From an uncultured Methanosarcinaceae archaeon (GTDB lineage Archaea > Halobacteriota > Methanosarcinia > Methanosarcinales > Methanosarcinaceae), in assembly GCA_963847185.1 (NCBI GenBank), contig CAWJYV010000008.1:704001-768000 (forward strand): a DNA stretch of 64,000 bases. Direction: 5' to 3'. Positions 63,112 through 64,000 of this stretch are shown here, piece by piece. The stretch's first letter is position 1; each line of letters opens with the position of its first letter. The translations under genes and the position numbers were made by a program. Below the pieces are notes generated by a model. The model saw nothing but the letters and a program-made list of their open reading frames with translations. It had not been told where the DNA came from and searched no databases.

Positions 63112-63219
63112 TAAGAATCTTCCTTTTTATCAAAAAATGAAAAAGTATGTGAGTATTAAAAAAAATAATAAATTGAAAAAGATGTTAGTTTAAGTTAAAA
63201 TAAAAACCAACAATTTAAG

Positions 63220-63855
63220 TTATTTAGCTAATGAAGCCCTTCTGGATTTTACTTCTTCAGGGTCCAGTCTAGTGAATGCCTCCTTGGTAATTACCACCAC
63301 ATCGATATTTTCTCCAGATGCTGAATCCCTTTTAGTTGCATTGTGAATAGCTCGGATAGTAAGATCAAGGCCTTCCTTTACAGTCATGTTTTCTCTATAT
63401 TGGTCCTCAAGCACACCATAAGCCATGGGAGAGCCAGAACCTGTAGCTGAGATCCTTGTCTCTTCTATGCTTCCTCCAAGAGGGTCGAGTGAGTAAATGG
63501 CAGGTCCATTTTTGTCAACTCCTCCTATAAGGAGCTGGACCATCATTGGGTAGTAACGGTTAGCATTTAAGAAATTTGACATCAAGGTTGCAATTCCTTT
63601 GATTGTCATTGTTTCGTTCCTGCGCATCTTGTAGAGCTGTGATTCTACATTTACAAGCCGCACAAGCTGCTGGGCGTCCCCTACCGAACCGGCAGTGGTC
63701 ATTCCTACAAGGTCATCGATCTGGTAAACCTTCTTTGCAGTTTTACTTGCGATGAAATTCCCCATTGTAGCTCTCTGTTCGCTTGCGAGCACGATACCAT
63801 CGGTACAAACTACTCCTACGGTAGTTGTGCCCTTTAAATAGTTGTCATTATCCAT
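63220..63855 (-). CDS. psmB: proteasome beta subunit
   Basis: Propeptide-G/TTTVG, GSVGDAQ, TGSGS and RDSASG motifs; usual neighbour of aCPSF1. Confidence 0.97.
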   Translation of the reverse strand: MDNDNYLKGTTTVGVVCTDGIVLASEQRATMGNFIASKTAKKVYQIDDLVGMTTAGSVGDAQQLVRLVNVESQLYKMRRNETMTIKGIATLMSNFLNANRYYPMMVQLLIGGVDKNGPAIYSLDPLGGSIEETRISATGSGSPMAYGVLEDQYRENMTVKEGLDLTIRAIHNATKRDSASGENIDVVVITKEAFTRLDPEEVKSRRASLAK

Positions 63856-64000
63856 AAACATACCCTCATAGTATAAGTTGAAAATGAGAAAATATTGCTA
63901 AAAAAAATGTTTTAGTGAGGTGAGCATTTTCAGCTTAAATCGCAGGATTTAGCAATCTACTATCTCATTATTAATATCGATATATATAAGTTTTCCTCTT

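Overview
A 64-kb chromosomal window from a methanogenic archaeon, very probably Methanosarcina (MC1 chromatin protein, PGF-CTERM/PKD/YVTN surface proteins, HisKA_2-type kinase, aCPSF1, psmB). The left ~35 kb is accessory and partly decaying. It holds frameshifted DedA, alpha/beta-hydrolase and PocR/PAS kinase genes, a dead IS1 with an 8-bp target duplication, a 97-bp MITE inside a lipoprotein relic, and several large surface proteins, including two paralogous giant repeat adhesins with a conserved 5' leader. The right ~29 kb is mostly core: geranylgeranyl reductase, pyk, aldolase, tRNAs, cobT, proS, ZPR1, sepF, PUA protein, two MFS genes, a long membrane pyrophosphatase plus a relic of a second one, ftsZ, HAD, aCPSF1 and psmB. 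The best candidates for undescribed biology are absent from the ORF track: (1) two tandem zinc-ribbon microprotein genes behind a ~300-nt structured leader at 41.95-42.6 kb, the first apparently starting at ACG; (2) a promoter-bearing hairpin sRNA candidate with two identical C-rich motifs at 50.7-50.8 kb; (3) a conserved hairpin leader shared by the two adhesin genes. All family names come from motif recognition by eye; no searches were run.
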